DNA of 64,000 nt from Bryobacterales bacterium. GTDB lineage: Bacteria; Acidobacteriota; Terriglobia; Bryobacterales; UBA6623. The notes beneath the pieces were generated by a model. The model was not told where the DNA came from. It did no database searches and worked only from the letters and a program-made list of their open reading frames with translations. The DNA lies in NCBI GenBank assembly GCA_965219585.1, contig CBDCOA010000003.1:1233375-1297374 (forward strand), in the 5' to 3' direction. Made by a program: the position numbers and the translations under genes. Positions 1 to 10,198 of the stretch are shown here, piece by piece (position 1 is the first letter of the stretch; each line of letters opens with the position of its first letter).

Positions 1-102
1 GTCAGCCATGGTTGTCCTCGAACGCAGAACTACAAGGTGTGCGGAACGGCGCGGAAAACGCGATCTACAGCGATCAGCCACCCACTGCAGAAGAGCGCCT
101 CG

Positions 103-510
103 TCAACCCTCCGCGAATCCCGACTCTTGGCTGTAGGACGCCTCCACATAAGTGGTGAGCCCGCCCCGCGCCGCGAAATCTCCCTCCACAGTGGCCCGTA
201 CCGGACTGGCCGCCTTCACGACGTCCTCCAAGACCCTGTTGACGATATTCTCCTGAAAGATGCCGAGATTGCGGTACTGGTGCAGGTAGAGCTTGAACGA
301 CTTCAGCTCGATACACCGGTCGGCCGGCACGTACCTCAGATGCAGCGTCCCGAAGTCTGGCAGGCCTGTCTTGGGGCAGACCGACGTGAATTCCGGGCAG
401 GCAATCTCGATGGTGTAGTCCCTGCCCTTGTACTGGTTCGCCCAGGTGTTGATCGCTGGAAGTTCCGCGTCCATCCCGGCCGCGGCGTGTCGGTCGGTGT
501 AGGCAGTCAC
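103..510 (-). CDS. queF: NADPH-dependent 7-cyano-7-deazaguanine (preQ0) reductase, small unimodular type
   Basis: 135-aa ORF with the QueF active-site block EFTSVCPKTGLPDFG, followed by IELKSFKLYL...FQE. Lies directly downstream of acs on the same strand. Confidence 0.9.
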   Translation of the reverse strand: MTAYTDRHAAAGMDAELPAINTWANQYKGRDYTIEIACPEFTSVCPKTGLPDFGTLHLRYVPADRCIELKSFKLYLHQYRNLGIFQENIVNRVLEDVVKAASPVRATVEGDFAARGGLTTYVEASYSQESGFAEG

Positions 511-554
511 AGCTTCTCGCCTGGGGCACTAGCGGGAGTCGCCCGGGGTCGCGC

Positions 555-2480
555 TCAGTCCTCGTCCTGCTGCGCCGCGAGCCGGTTGACGACCGAGAGG
601 TCCTCCAACGTCGTGATGTCGCCGCTGACCTTGTGGGTTGTCACGATCTCGCGCAGCAGGCGCCGCATGATCTTGCCAGAACGGGTCTTGGGCAGCGCGT
701 CGCTAAAGCGGATCTGCTTTGGCCGCGCGAACTTGCCGATCTGCTGGGCGACCCATTCCCTGAGCTCGGCAGCCAGCTCGTCGGTGGGATCGTTCCCCTG
801 GATCGGAGTGACAAAGGCGATCACCGCCTGGCCGGTCAGCTCGTCGGGCATGCCGACCACGGCTGCCTCGGCCACCGCTGCATGGCGCACCAGCGTCGAT
901 TCCAGCTCGGCGGTGGACATGCGGTGCCCGCTGACGTTCATCACGTCGTCCACGCGCCCGAGCACCCAGAAATATCCGTCCTCGTCCTTGCGGGCTGCGT
1001 CGCCCACGAAATAGAGTCCAGGGATCTGGCTCCAGTACGTCTGGTGAAAGCGTTCGGGATCCCCCCAAAGCGTGCGGAACATCGAGGGCCAGGGCTTGCG
1101 GACCACCAAGTAGCCCTCTCCTCCCGGCGCCACGGAGTTGCCTTCGAGATCCACCACGTCCGCGACGATTCCAGGCAGCGGAAATGTGCCCGATCCGGGC
1201 TTGAGCGCGGTCACTCCCGGCAGCGGCGAGATCATGATGGATCCCGTCTCGGTCTGCCACCACGTGTCCACGATCGGGCAGCGCCCTCCGCCAATCACGC
1301 TGTGGTACCACTCCCATGCCGAGGGGTTGATCGGTTCGCCTACCGAGCCCAGCAGCCTCAGGCTGGACAGGTCGTGGCGCTCGGGATAGGCTGTTCCGAA
1401 CTTGATGAACGCCCGGATCGCCGTGGGCGAGGTGTAAAAGACGTTCACCTTGTACTTGTCCACCAAGCTCCAGAACCGATCCGGCTCGGGGAAGTCGGGC
1501 GCTCCCTCGTACATCACGGTGGTCGTGCCGACCAGCAGCGGTCCATAGACGATGTAGCTGTGGCCGGTCACCCAGCCCACGTCCGCCGCGCACCAATAGG
1601 TGTCTTCGTCCTTGATGTCGAACACCCAGCGCATCGCCATCGAGACCTGCAACTGGTACCCGCCGGTGGAGTGCAAGATCCCCTTCGGCTTTCCCGTCGT
1701 GCCGGAGGTGTAGAGCACGTAGAGCGGATGCTCCGCGTCCAGTCTCTCCGCCGGGCAACCGGCAGTGACATCGGCATCGAGATCATGCCACCAAGCGTCC
1801 CGCCCGGGCGTCATTTCGATCTCGTTGCCGGTGCGGCGATATACGACCACGCTCCTGACGCCGGGGCAGTCCTCGAGCGCTTCGTCGACCGCCTGCTTGA
1901 GGGGAACGATGTTGCCCCTGCGCCAGCCGCCATCGGCGGTGACCACCAACCCGGCATCGAGATCCAGGATGCGCGTCTTGAGCGCCTCCGCCGAGAAGCC
2001 CGCGAACACCACGCTGTGCGTGATGCCCAAGCGGGCGCACGCCAGCATGGCCACCGGCAGCTCCGGCACCATCGGCATGTATAGAATCGCCCGGTCGCCG
2101 GCTCGAAACCCCTGTTTCTTCAGCACGGCGGCAAAGCGCTCTACCGCCTGCAACAGCTCTTGGTACGTCAGAGTGCGCTGGTCGCCCGGCTCACCCTCCC
2201 AGACGATCGCGGCGCGATTCTTGCGCCAGGTCTGACAGTGCCGATCCAAGCAGTTGTACGACATGTTTGTCGTCGCGCCGGTGAACCACTTGTAGAACGG
2301 CGCTTCCGACTCGTCCAGCACCTTGTCCCACTTGCGGAACCAGTGCAGCTCGCTCTCGGCCAGATCGGACCAAAAGGCCTCCGGATCTGCGGACGCCTTT
2401 GCGATAAGCGCTTCGTGCGAATCGCCCGGCTGCACATTGGCCCGGGCGGCGAAGCTTTCGGAGGGGTGGTAGAGATCCAT
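555..2480 (-). CDS. acs: acetyl-CoA synthetase (AMP-forming)
   Basis: About 640 aa with AMP-binding signature [12 protein letters not shown]-terminal FW...W...WDKVL block and C-terminal SGKIMRR. The ORF-track start at 2519 is a TTG. I chose the first ATG at 2480 (MDLYHPSE...). Confidence 0.93.
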   Translation of the reverse strand: MDLYHPSESFAARANVQPGDSHEALIAKASADPEAFWSDLAESELHWFRKWDKVLDESEAPFYKWFTGATTNMSYNCLDRHCQTWRKNRAAIVWEGEPGDQRTLTYQELLQAVERFAAVLKKQGFRAGDRAILYMPMVPELPVAMLACARLGITHSVVFAGFSAEALKTRILDLDAGLVVTADGGWRRGNIVPLKQAVDEALEDCPGVRSVVVYRRTGNEIEMTPGRDAWWHDLDADVTAGCPAERLDAEHPLYVLYTSGTTGKPKGILHSTGGYQLQVSMAMRWVFDIKDEDTYWCAADVGWVTGHSYIVYGPLLVGTTTVMYEGAPDFPEPDRFWSLVDKYKVNVFYTSPTAIRAFIKFGTAYPERHDLSSLRLLGSVGEPINPSAWEWYHSVIGGGRCPIVDTWWQTETGSIMISPLPGVTALKPGSGTFPLPGIVADVVDLEGNSVAPGGEGYLVVRKPWPSMFRTLWGDPERFHQTYWSQIPGLYFVGDAARKDEDGYFWVLGRVDDVMNVSGHRMSTAELESTLVRHAAVAEAAVVGMPDELTGQAVIAFVTPIQGNDPTDELAAELREWVAQQIGKFARPKQIRFSDALPKTRSGKIMRRLLREIVTTHKVSGDITTLEDLSVVNRLAAQQDED

Positions 2481-2553
2481 CGAGATTGCTTTGGCTGATT
2501 CTGTCCGGCCCGCCCTCAAACAGAACGCGCCGGGCGGCCCGCGGAAACGCGCG

Positions 2554-2820
2554 TCACTGGCAGGCGCTCTGGGTCTGCGCGGATGTCACCAGCGAGTTGA
2601 AGATCGTCAGCACCTGCTTGCGGTAGCGATAGGTCCGCCGCAGGTGTTCCCGGAAGTCCGCGTCATACTCTCGGTGACGCATCAACTTCCTGAATACAGT
2701 TGGCGGGATGTCGATTTGCTGTCGCAGCAACGCGACCGGATGCCCCCGCAGGAACAGGCCGTAGAACATCGCCGCCTCGTGATGCGGCGCCTGGAACTCG
2801 CGCTCCTTGGTGCCCGGCAC
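2554..2820 (-). CDS. small hypothetical protein (88 aa)
   Basis: GC3-rich codon usage like neighbouring genes. It is the only sensible ORF in the gap upstream of acs. No recognisable motif. Confidence 0.45.
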   Translation of the reverse strand: MPGTKEREFQAPHHEAAMFYGLFLRGHPVALLRQQIDIPPTVFRKLMRHREYDADFREHLRRTYRYRKQVLTIFNSLVTSAQTQSACQ

Positions 2821-2978
2821 TGTGCTTCATCCGGCGGCCCGAATCGAGCCGAAAGAACTAGTATAAGGGCCGCTCTGACGCCAGCACAACCCTAGATTTC
2901 GACGCCTGACTTCAGGGGAGGATCCGGGGCGAAACTAACGTTGAAATCTGTCATTCGCCCGCCCTAGCTAGAATCTGG

Positions 2979-3677
2979 ATGGTGTGGTTGCCGCTCGCAT
3001 TGACCCTCCCGGCCGCGGGCTACGCCGCTTATGCGGCGGCACATCCGCGCGCGCAGCGTTGGGGTCCCAGCAGGTGGCAGCTGGACGGTCCGCCGGACGA
3101 AATCGCGCTAACGTTCGATGACGGCCCCAGCAACGAGACGCCTCGTTTCTTGGAGGCGCTCGACGAGCTGGGCGTCAAGGCGACCTTCTTTGCTTGCGGC
3201 GCGAACGTGGAACGCCGCCCCGGCGTCGCGCGCGCGATCGTCGAAGCCGGGCATGCGCTCGGAAATCACTCGTTCTCGCACCCCTGCCTGCCCCTGTGCT
3301 CGCGGGCGCAAGTGCTCGAAGAGGTCTTCTCGTCACAGGACGCCATCGGTACCGCTACGGGCCGCACTGTCAGGCTGTTCCGGCCACCGTATGGCCTGCG
3401 CTCGCCCTTCTTGGCGAGCGCGCTGCCTGCCGCAGGCCTGACATCGGTCCACTGGACGGTCATCGGCAACGATTGGAAGTGGGATGCAGGCCGTATCGCG
3501 CGCCGTGTCTTGGACCGCGTCCGCGGACGCGGCATCGTGTGCCTGCACGACGGGCACGCGACGCGGCCCCGAGCGGACAGATCGGAGAGCCTTGAAGCGC
3601 TCAAGGAGATCGTGCCGCGCCTGCGCGAGCGCGGCCATCGCTTCGTAAGAGTCCCCGGCTGGGAAGCGGGGGACTAG
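2979..3677 (+). CDS. polysaccharide deacetylase (NodB-homology domain) with N-terminal membrane anchor
   Basis: Motifs TFDDGP, ...ATFF..G....., HALGNHSFSHP and RPPYG are typical of CE4/NodB deacetylases. Hydrophobic N-terminus MVWLPLALTLPAAGYAAYAAA. Confidence 0.85.
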   Translation: MVWLPLALTLPAAGYAAYAAAHPRAQRWGPSRWQLDGPPDEIALTFDDGPSNETPRFLEALDELGVKATFFACGANVERRPGVARAIVEAGHALGNHSFSHPCLPLCSRAQVLEEVFSSQDAIGTATGRTVRLFRPPYGLRSPFLASALPAAGLTSVHWTVIGNDWKWDAGRIARRVLDRVRGRGIVCLHDGHATRPRADRSESLEALKEIVPRLRERGHRFVRVPGWEAGD

Positions 3678-3680
3678 CAG

Positions 3681-4439
3681 CTAGCGCGCGGTCCAGCCGC
3701 CGTCGATTACGACATCGGTGCCGGTCAGAAAGCCCGCGGCTTCCGAGCACATGTACACGGCGAGGCTGCCGATCTCCTCGACCTTGCCCCACCGTTCCAC
3801 GGGAATGCTGGCGAGGAACTGGCTGTTCTTGTCGGGATCCTCGATGAGCGGCCGATTCATCTCGGTTGCGAACGGGCCGGGGCTGATGCCATTGACCGTG
3901 ATGTTGAAGGGAGCCAGCTCCAGCGCCAGCGCCCGCGTGAAGCCCAGCAGGCCGCTCTTCGTGGTCGAATAGCCGGTGCGGTTCGGCAGCGAGACGTGGG
4001 ACATGATCGAAGTCATGTTGATGATCCGGCCCCAGCGCAGTCCCTTCATGCCCGGCACGAAGGTGCGCGACATCGAGAACGGCCCGGTCAGATTGACCTC
4101 GAGGATCTCGTGCCACTCGTCGAGGGACATTTCCTCGATCGGCTTGCGATTGTTGATGCCCGCGTTGTTGATCAGGATGTCGCAGACGCCGAAGGCTTCC
4201 TTGACCATCTGGTCCACTTCCGCCGCGGCAGTCTCGTCAGTGACATCCGCCATGATGTACTCGGCCGTGCCGCCGCGGGCGCGAATCCCCTGCACCACCT
4301 CGGAGAGCAATTCCTCGTTTCGCGCCACCAAGGCCACCTTCGCGCCCGCCCCGGCGAGAGCTTCCGCCATCTCACGCCCCAGACCCTTGCTGGCTCCGGT
4401 GACCACGGCGACGTGGTTGTCTAACGAAACGGTGCTCAT
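3681..4439 (-). CDS. SDR-family oxidoreductase (gluconate-5-dehydrogenase-like)
   Basis: Rossmann motif VTGASKGLG, NNAG and a YxxxK region. The ORF is open to 4475, but the ATG at 4439 gives the usual short N-terminus (MSTVSLDNHVAVVTGASKG). Confidence 0.85.
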   Translation of the reverse strand: MSTVSLDNHVAVVTGASKGLGREMAEALAGAGAKVALVARNEELLSEVVQGIRARGGTAEYIMADVTDETAAAEVDQMVKEAFGVCDILINNAGINNRKPIEEMSLDEWHEILEVNLTGPFSMSRTFVPGMKGLRWGRIINMTSIMSHVSLPNRTGYSTTKSGLLGFTRALALELAPFNITVNGISPGPFATEMNRPLIEDPDKNSQFLASIPVERWGKVEEIGSLAVYMCSEAAGFLTGTDVVIDGGWTAR

Positions 4440-4514
4440 GTTCAACCCTGTGCGGGAACCCCGATCAGGTTCCAAGACGCCTAGGATATCAGGCCGACCT
4501 CAGCCGGCCTTAGT

Positions 4515-4949
4515 CTAGAGTTCCTCCAGCATGGCCCGGACCCGGCGCGCGGCACCGTTATCCGCAGTGGCCACGAAGATAGTGTCGTCGCCAGCCAGCG
4601 TACCGATGATCTCGGGCAGGTCCGCGTCGTCGAGCCCTTGAGCGAGCGCATTCGCGCCGCCCGGCTCGGTGCGCAGGACGACGAGGTTCTGGGCCGTTTC
4701 GATCCTCACTAGGAACTGTCCGACAAGCTGCTGCAGGGCGGCTCTGGCGGCGTCCTCGCCCTGGGCCCGTGCGGGCGCGGCATATCCGGCGGCGGTCTTG
4801 ACGACACCTAGTTGGCGCAGATCGCGCGAGAGCGTGCCCTGGCTGGCAGCGATGCCGCGCGCGGCAAGCGCTTCGGCAAGTCGCCCGTGGGTGCGGAACG
4901 CCTGGGATTCGATCAGGCTGAGAATCTCTCGCTGCCGCCGGGACCTCAC
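4515..4949 (-). CDS. argR: arginine repressor
   Basis: 144 aa. N-terminal winged-helix (RQREILSLI....F.T...L...L...GI..SQGTLSRDL..LG) and C-terminal GTLAGDDTIFV block typical of ArgR/AhrC. Last gene of the arg operon, with a 4-nt overlap with argH. Confidence 0.88.
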   Translation of the reverse strand: MRSRRQREILSLIESQAFRTHGRLAEALAARGIAASQGTLSRDLRQLGVVKTAAGYAAPARAQGEDAARAALQQLVGQFLVRIETAQNLVVLRTEPGGANALAQGLDDADLPEIIGTLAGDDTIFVATADNGAARRVRAMLEEL

Positions 4950-6355
4950 GTCGCTCGGGCTCCCTCGCTAGCTGACATCGACGGCAGCTCGGCCAACCTC
5001 GCTCTAGCCGCCGCCAAGGCCTCCCTCACCCGGTCGGTAGCCGTGCCGCCCGGCACTTGGTGGTTTTCCAAGGCATTGCTGGGAACGAGGGCCGCCAGCA
5101 CCGACTCGTCAAGCTCGGGTGCAAACTCGCGCAGCCCGTCCAAGGTCCACTCCGTTGGCCGCTTGCCCTGCTGGACGCTGGCGAGCACGATGCCGCCCAC
5201 GATTTGGTGCGCCCGATGGAACGCAATGCCCCTGCGGGCCAGGATCTCCGCCAAGGCGGTGGCCGAAACCCAACCGTCCTCGGCGGCCTGCTCCATTGCC
5301 GGACGCCTCAGCTTTGCGGTATCCACACACAGCGCCAGGATCGCCAGCGAGTCCGTCACCTGGGCAGCGCTGTCAAACACACCCTCCTTGTCCTCCTGCA
5401 GATCCCGGTTGTACGCCATCGGAAGCCCCTTCAAGGTCATCATCAGCGACTGCAAGCTGCCGCAAACGCGCCCGGCCTTTCCGCGCAATAGCTCGAGCGC
5501 GTCCGGATTGCGCTTCTGGGGCATCAAGCTCGAACCGGTCGTGACCTCGTCGCCCATTTCGAGAAATCCGAACTCCTCGCTGCTGTAGAGGATCCAATCT
5601 TCCGCCAGCCGGCTGGCATGCAACATCGCGACCGAGGCGGCGTACAGGAAATCGAGCGCGAAATCACGGTCCGACACCGCGTCCAAGCTGTTGGCCGAGA
5701 TCGCGGCAAATCCCAGGTCGGCGGCCAGCTCCCCTCGGTCGAACGCAAACCCGCTGCCAGCGAGCGCGCCGCTGCCAAGCGGCAGCACGTCGGTGCGCTC
5801 GTACGCTTGCTGCATGCGCTGCCAGTCGCGCAGGAACATCTCGAAGTACGCCAGCAGGTAGTGCGCGAAGAGCACGGCCTGGGCGCGCCGCAGATGCGTG
5901 TAGCCGGGCAGCAGCGCGCCGGACTCCCGCTCGGCGAGCCGCAGCAGGGACTTCATCAGCGCTTCCAGCTGCAGTTGCGCGCGTCGAATCGCAGCCTTCA
6001 TCCACAGGCGGAAATCGGTCGCGACCTGCTCGTTGCGGCTGCGCCCGGTGTGGATCTTTTCCGCGAGCTCTCCTACCGCCTCCCCGAGCTTGCGGATGAC
6101 AAACGTGTGGATGTCCTCGTCGTCGGCGTCGAAGTAGCCCGGCGCGCCGGCCTCCGCCAGCATGCCGTCGAAGGCCGCATTGATCTTGTCCCGCTCCGCA
6201 GCGGTCAGGATGCCGACTCCGCAGAGGGCGTTCGCGAACGCCTTCGATCCGACCACATCGGCCTCGAACAGCCTCCGGTCGAATTCCAGCGAGCCCGAAT
6301 AGCGCTCGAAGAGTTCCGCCGGGCCGGTCTCGAACCGGCCTCCCCAGAGTTTCAT
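4946..6355 (-). CDS. argH: argininosuccinate lyase
   Basis: 469 aa starting MKLWGGRFE. Fumarate-lyase signature GSSLMPQKRNPD. Confidence 0.95.
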   Translation of the reverse strand: MKLWGGRFETGPAELFERYSGSLEFDRRLFEADVVGSKAFANALCGVGILTAAERDKINAAFDGMLAEAGAPGYFDADDEDIHTFVIRKLGEAVGELAEKIHTGRSRNEQVATDFRLWMKAAIRRAQLQLEALMKSLLRLAERESGALLPGYTHLRRAQAVLFAHYLLAYFEMFLRDWQRMQQAYERTDVLPLGSGALAGSGFAFDRGELAADLGFAAISANSLDAVSDRDFALDFLYAASVAMLHASRLAEDWILYSSEEFGFLEMGDEVTTGSSLMPQKRNPDALELLRGKAGRVCGSLQSLMMTLKGLPMAYNRDLQEDKEGVFDSAAQVTDSLAILALCVDTAKLRRPAMEQAAEDGWVSATALAEILARRGIAFHRAHQIVGGIVLASVQQGKRPTEWTLDGLREFAPELDESVLAALVPSNALENHQVPGGTATDRVREALAAARARLAELPSMSASEGARAT

Positions 6356-7587
6356 TCGGAACCGCCTTCTGCGTCCCGGAGGCCGCCTTGGACCGCGGCA
6401 TGCACCCGGATCGGCAGGCCGGTGAGATTGATGAAACCCTCGGCATCGCTCTGGTCATACTCGCCGCCCATCGTGAAACTCGCGATCTCGGGAGCGTAGA
6501 GCGAATACGGCGAGGTGCGGCTGACCGGGGCGATGCGTCCCTGGCACAGGCTGACCACGACGCTTCCGGTGACGTGCCGCTGCGTTACGTCCACGAACCC
6601 GTCCATGGCCTCGCGCAGCGGGGTGAACCACTTGCCGTCGTAGACCAGCTCGGCGTAGTCGATGGCCAGCTTCTGCTTGTAGTGCTGGGTTGCGCGATCC
6701 AGCGTCAGAGCCTCCAGCTCGGAGTGCGCAGCCATCAAGATGGTTCCTCCCGGCGTTTCGTAGCAGCCGCGAGACTTCATGCCGACGAAGCGGTTCTCGA
6801 CCAAGTCGATGCGGCCGATGCCGTGCTCGCAGCCCAGAGTGTTGAGCGCCTCCACAACGCTTGCGGGACTCATGCTCTCGCCGTCCAAGCCGACCGGCGT
6901 GCCGGATTCGAACTCGATGCTGACCTGAGCGCCGCCGGCCGGAGCGCTCGCCGGATCTGCCGTCAGCGTCCACACGGCCGGCCCGGGCGCGTTGGCCGGA
7001 TCTTCAAGTTCCGCACCTTCGTGGGAGATGTGCCACAGGTTCGCGTCGCGGCTATAGATCTTCTCCTTGCTCTGCTGGATCGGCACTTGGTGGCGCTTGG
7101 CGTAGTCAACGGCATCTTCGCGGGAGACGATATCCCATTCGCGCCAGGGAGCGATCACGGGCAAGTGCGGAGCCAAGGCCTTGTATGTCAGCTCGAAGCG
7201 CACTTGGTCGTTGCCCTTGCCCGTCGCGCCATGCGCCAGCGCGTCGCAGCCCGATTCAAGCGCCACCCTCACCTGCAGCTTGGCCAGCAGCGGACGGGCG
7301 ATTGAGGTGCCCAGCAGGTATTTGTGCTCGTACACGGCGCCCGAGCGGACCATGGGCCAGACATACTCCCGCACGAACTCCTCGCGCAAGTCCTCGACGT
7401 ACACCTCGCAGGCACCGCTGGCGAGCGCCTTCTGCTCGAGACCGTCTAGCTCCTGGCTGCCCTGTCCGACGTCGCCGCAGACGGCCACCACGTCGGAGCC
7501 GTAGTTCTCCCGCAGCCAAGGAATGATGATCGAAGTGTCGAGCCCGCCCGAATAAGCAAGGGCCACCTTCTTGGGATGCCTAGCCAT
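6352..7587 (-). CDS. argG: argininosuccinate synthase
   Basis: 411 aa with ATP-binding motif AYSGGLDTS and conserved ...GATGKGNDQVRFE. Confidence 0.95.
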   Translation of the reverse strand: MARHPKKVALAYSGGLDTSIIIPWLRENYGSDVVAVCGDVGQGSQELDGLEQKALASGACEVYVEDLREEFVREYVWPMVRSGAVYEHKYLLGTSIARPLLAKLQVRVALESGCDALAHGATGKGNDQVRFELTYKALAPHLPVIAPWREWDIVSREDAVDYAKRHQVPIQQSKEKIYSRDANLWHISHEGAELEDPANAPGPAVWTLTADPASAPAGGAQVSIEFESGTPVGLDGESMSPASVVEALNTLGCEHGIGRIDLVENRFVGMKSRGCYETPGGTILMAAHSELEALTLDRATQHYKQKLAIDYAELVYDGKWFTPLREAMDGFVDVTQRHVTGSVVVSLCQGRIAPVSRTSPYSLYAPEIASFTMGGEYDQSDAEGFINLTGLPIRVHAAVQGGLRDAEGGSE

Positions 7588-8548
7588 GTTTGCCCTCCAT
7601 CGTCTTGATCAGGATCGCCTTGTGGGCGTGTAGCCGATTCTCGGCTTGGTCGAAAACGACCGACTGGGGCGACTCGATCACCGCGTTGGTCACCTCCGCG
7701 CCGCGCTGCGCCGGGAGGCAATGCATGAATACCGCGCGCTTCTCTGCCAGTCGCATCACGGCGCTATCGACCTTGTAATCGGCGAACGCGACCCTGCGCT
7801 GCTGCGTCTCGGCCTCCCAGCCCATACTGGTCCACACGTCGGTATACACCGCGGCCGCGCCCTGCACCGCATGCCGGATGTCTTCCCCCACCTCGACCGT
7901 ACAACCGTTCCGCTCGGCCACTCGCCGCGCCTTGGCAAGGTCGTCCGGGCGCGGCCCGTAGGCCGCCGGCCCGCAAATCGAGACTGACACGCCGAGTTGC
8001 GGACCGCAGTGCAGCAGCGAGTGCGCGACATTGTTGGCATCTCCCACGTAGGCCAGCTTGAGCCCGTCAAAGGAGCCGAAGCGCTCCAGCAGTGTCAGGT
8101 AGTCCGCCAGCGCCTGGCACGGGTGAAACGACTCGCTCAGGGCGTTGATCACCGGGACGCTGGACCACTTGGCGAGCAGGTCCAGGGTCTTCTGCGAGAA
8201 CGTCCGCGCCACGATCGCGTCGAACCACCGGTCCAGGTTGCGCGAAATGTCGGGCGCGGGCTCGCGCTGGCCGATGGGGCCGTCGCGGTGGTCCTGGAAC
8301 ACGGCGAAGCCTCCCAGCTGCGCTGCGGCGAGCTCGAACGTCATTCGAGTGCGCAACGATGGCTTCTCGAACAGCATCACGATCGAGCGGTCCCGCAAGA
8401 CCCGCCGGAACGGGCCGGGGTCAGCCTTGACGCTCGCGGCAAGGTCCAAGACCTCGCGCAGCTCGTCGGCCGAAAGGTCAGCGTCCCTTAGGAAGTGACG
8501 CACCGGCGCAGGCTGCCCCCGCGCCTCCACGTCTGAATTTATATTCAT
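7580..8548 (-). CDS. argF: ornithine carbamoyltransferase
   Basis: 322 aa with motifs SLRTR (carbamoyl-phosphate site), HPCQALAD, DVWTSMG and HCLP. First gene of argFGH-argR. I cannot exclude an acetyl- or succinyl-ornithine-specific variant by eye. Confidence 0.85.
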   Translation of the reverse strand: MNINSDVEARGQPAPVRHFLRDADLSADELREVLDLAASVKADPGPFRRVLRDRSIVMLFEKPSLRTRMTFELAAAQLGGFAVFQDHRDGPIGQREPAPDISRNLDRWFDAIVARTFSQKTLDLLAKWSSVPVINALSESFHPCQALADYLTLLERFGSFDGLKLAYVGDANNVAHSLLHCGPQLGVSVSICGPAAYGPRPDDLAKARRVAERNGCTVEVGEDIRHAVQGAAAVYTDVWTSMGWEAETQQRRVAFADYKVDSAVMRLAEKRAVFMHCLPAQRGAEVTNAVIESPQSVVFDQAENRLHAHKAILIKTMEGKHG

Positions 8549-8569
8549 ATCTATGCATAATTACACATC
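8532..8569 (-). promoter_or_regulatory. two tandem ARG boxes (ArgR operator) overlapping the argF start codon
   Basis: On the minus strand, TATGAATATAAATTCAGA (8549->8532) fits every specified position of the E. coli-type consensus TNTGAATWWWWATTCANW and contains the argF ATG. Two bp upstream, GATGTGTAATTATGCATA (8569->8552) fits 12 of 16 specified positions. This is a 38-bp AT-rich patch in a ~69% GC genome. Confidence 0.65.
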
Positions 8570-8665
8570 GCAGGGCGGCTGTCAAGCGAGCCTCGCTCTT
8601 CCTGCAGGCAGGGATGGAATCCGCGCCCTGGCCGGGCGGGCGCGCCCCTGCCGGGCGGGTTCCCT

Positions 8666-10078
8666 CTAGCGGCTGCCGACCTCGAGCTTGCGCAGGGTCT
8701 CATCGATCTGCGCGACGAGCTCGGCCTGTGAGAATCTCGCGGCTTGTGCGCGGGCTTCGCGAAACCTGGCCACGGCGGCCTCTCGCTCGCCCGAAGCCAG
8801 CAGGGCGGCAGCCAGCGAGAAGAGATAGGTCGGAGTGCGGTCGGACTGCTCCTCGATCGCTTGGCGGAAGGCCTGCACCGCCTTGGCCGCACTGTACTCG
8901 CGCATCCAAAGCAGGCCCAGCTTGTAGTGCGAGAGCGCGTGGTCCGGACGACTGGCCAGCGCGCGCTCGTAGCGGACGCGCGCCTCCCCGAAGCGCCCCT
9001 CTTCCTCCAGCATCTGTCCGAGGTTGTGATTGGCGAGCGCGTGGTCCGGGTTGATCTCAAGAGCTGATTCGAAGGCCAGCCGCGCCGCTTCCGCTTCGCG
9101 TTCGCCGTAGGCCACAACGCCGTAGTTGTAGTGCAGCTCGGCGCTCGCGAGACCGGCGTCCAGAGCCGAGCGATACTGCGCCGCGGCATCCTCGGATCGC
9201 TTCATCGAGCCGTACAGGATCACCAGGTTGACATGCGCTTGTGTGAGCGAGGGATCTTCTTGCAAGGCCCTCACGTGCAGGGACACGGCGTCGCCGGGGC
9301 GTCCCGCCTCCATTGCCTCCACGCCTCGCTTGAGGTACTCGGCGGCACTGACGCGCAACCCGGCCACGGCGCTTGCCAGCGGGTCGTCAGCAGCAGGCTC
9401 GGATTCGCGGTGGCGCGCGTACAGATCGAGATGCTCCGCGGACCGTTCCTCCTCGCCCAACTCCCGGTAGGCCAGGGCCAGGGCGTAGTGCGCCTGACCA
9501 AACGCGGGGGCCGACTCGACAGCGCGGCGGAGATGCTGGACGGCGGCTTCCAGCTCCCCGGCGGCCGCTTCCGCCTTGCCCAAGCCGTGCAGCGCGCGGG
9601 CGTCGTTGGGATCGGCCGCGACGAGTTCGCGGAACACATCGCGGCTGAGGTCGATCTCGTCGCCGGCAAGCAGCACCTCGGCCAAGCGCCGCTTGGCCGG
9701 GCGGTACCGCCCGTCGCGGCGGATGCACTCGCGGAACGCCTCCGCCGCCTCCGCCCCGCGCCCGAGCTTGGCCAACGACATCCCGAGATAGTAGGGCCAG
9801 CGCGGCTGGCTCGGGTCGAGCTTGCCTGCCCGGCTGAGAAACGCTAGGGCCAAGTCGTGCTGCCCGTAGGCGTGCAGCAGCATGCCTGCGTTTCCGGCTG
9901 CATTGATGTCGTCGGAGTCGGCCCGCAGCGCTTCCAGTTGGGGGCCGAGCTGGCTCGCTAGGTTGGGCCCGAGGCCGTTCAGCGCGATCTCGGGGATCGG
10001 TTCCAGCTCCGGGCCGGAGCAAGCAGTCCAAGCGCACAGACAGCCAACCAGCCACAGGCGCCCCTTCATCGAAGCCAT
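8666..10078 (-). CDS. TPR-repeat lipoprotein
   Basis: Many tandem TPR-like 34-aa units (A..Y..AL...P....A...LG......G....A). I chose the start at the internal ATG 10078 (MASMKGRLWLVGCLCAWTACSG, a lipobox-like signal), because the longer ORF to 10369 would overlap divergent rluD. Confidence 0.8.
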   Translation of the reverse strand: MASMKGRLWLVGCLCAWTACSGPELEPIPEIALNGLGPNLASQLGPQLEALRADSDDINAAGNAGMLLHAYGQHDLALAFLSRAGKLDPSQPRWPYYLGMSLAKLGRGAEAAEAFRECIRRDGRYRPAKRRLAEVLLAGDEIDLSRDVFRELVAADPNDARALHGLGKAEAAAGELEAAVQHLRRAVESAPAFGQAHYALALAYRELGEEERSAEHLDLYARHRESEPAADDPLASAVAGLRVSAAEYLKRGVEAMEAGRPGDAVSLHVRALQEDPSLTQAHVNLVILYGSMKRSEDAAAQYRSALDAGLASAELHYNYGVVAYGEREAEAARLAFESALEINPDHALANHNLGQMLEEEGRFGEARVRYERALASRPDHALSHYKLGLLWMREYSAAKAVQAFRQAIEEQSDRTPTYLFSLAAALLASGEREAAVARFREARAQAARFSQAELVAQIDETLRKLEVGSR

Positions 10079-10198
10079 TCTAGGCGACCGCCGCCAGCCT
10101 GGGCAGATCCTGTCGCAGCGGCCGTCACGCATAGCTTCCGGGGGGCCGCGGACCGGGCTCAAGCCCTGAAGAGCGCCAAGTGTGCCACTCTGGAACCG

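Noticed and set aside
511-554. Possible preQ1 riboswitch in the 44-nt gap upstream of queF
   Set aside because: The gap is GC-rich and lacks the A-rich tail and conserved loop of preQ1-I/II aptamers as I remember them. queF is probably co-transcribed with acs.
633-2084. 483-aa ORF on the plus strand (also 37-1014 and 703-1758) overlapping acs
   Set aside because: It is antisense or off-frame to a full-length, motif-rich acs gene. The composition is Arg/Ala/Gly/His-rich, typical of spurious ORFs in high-GC DNA.
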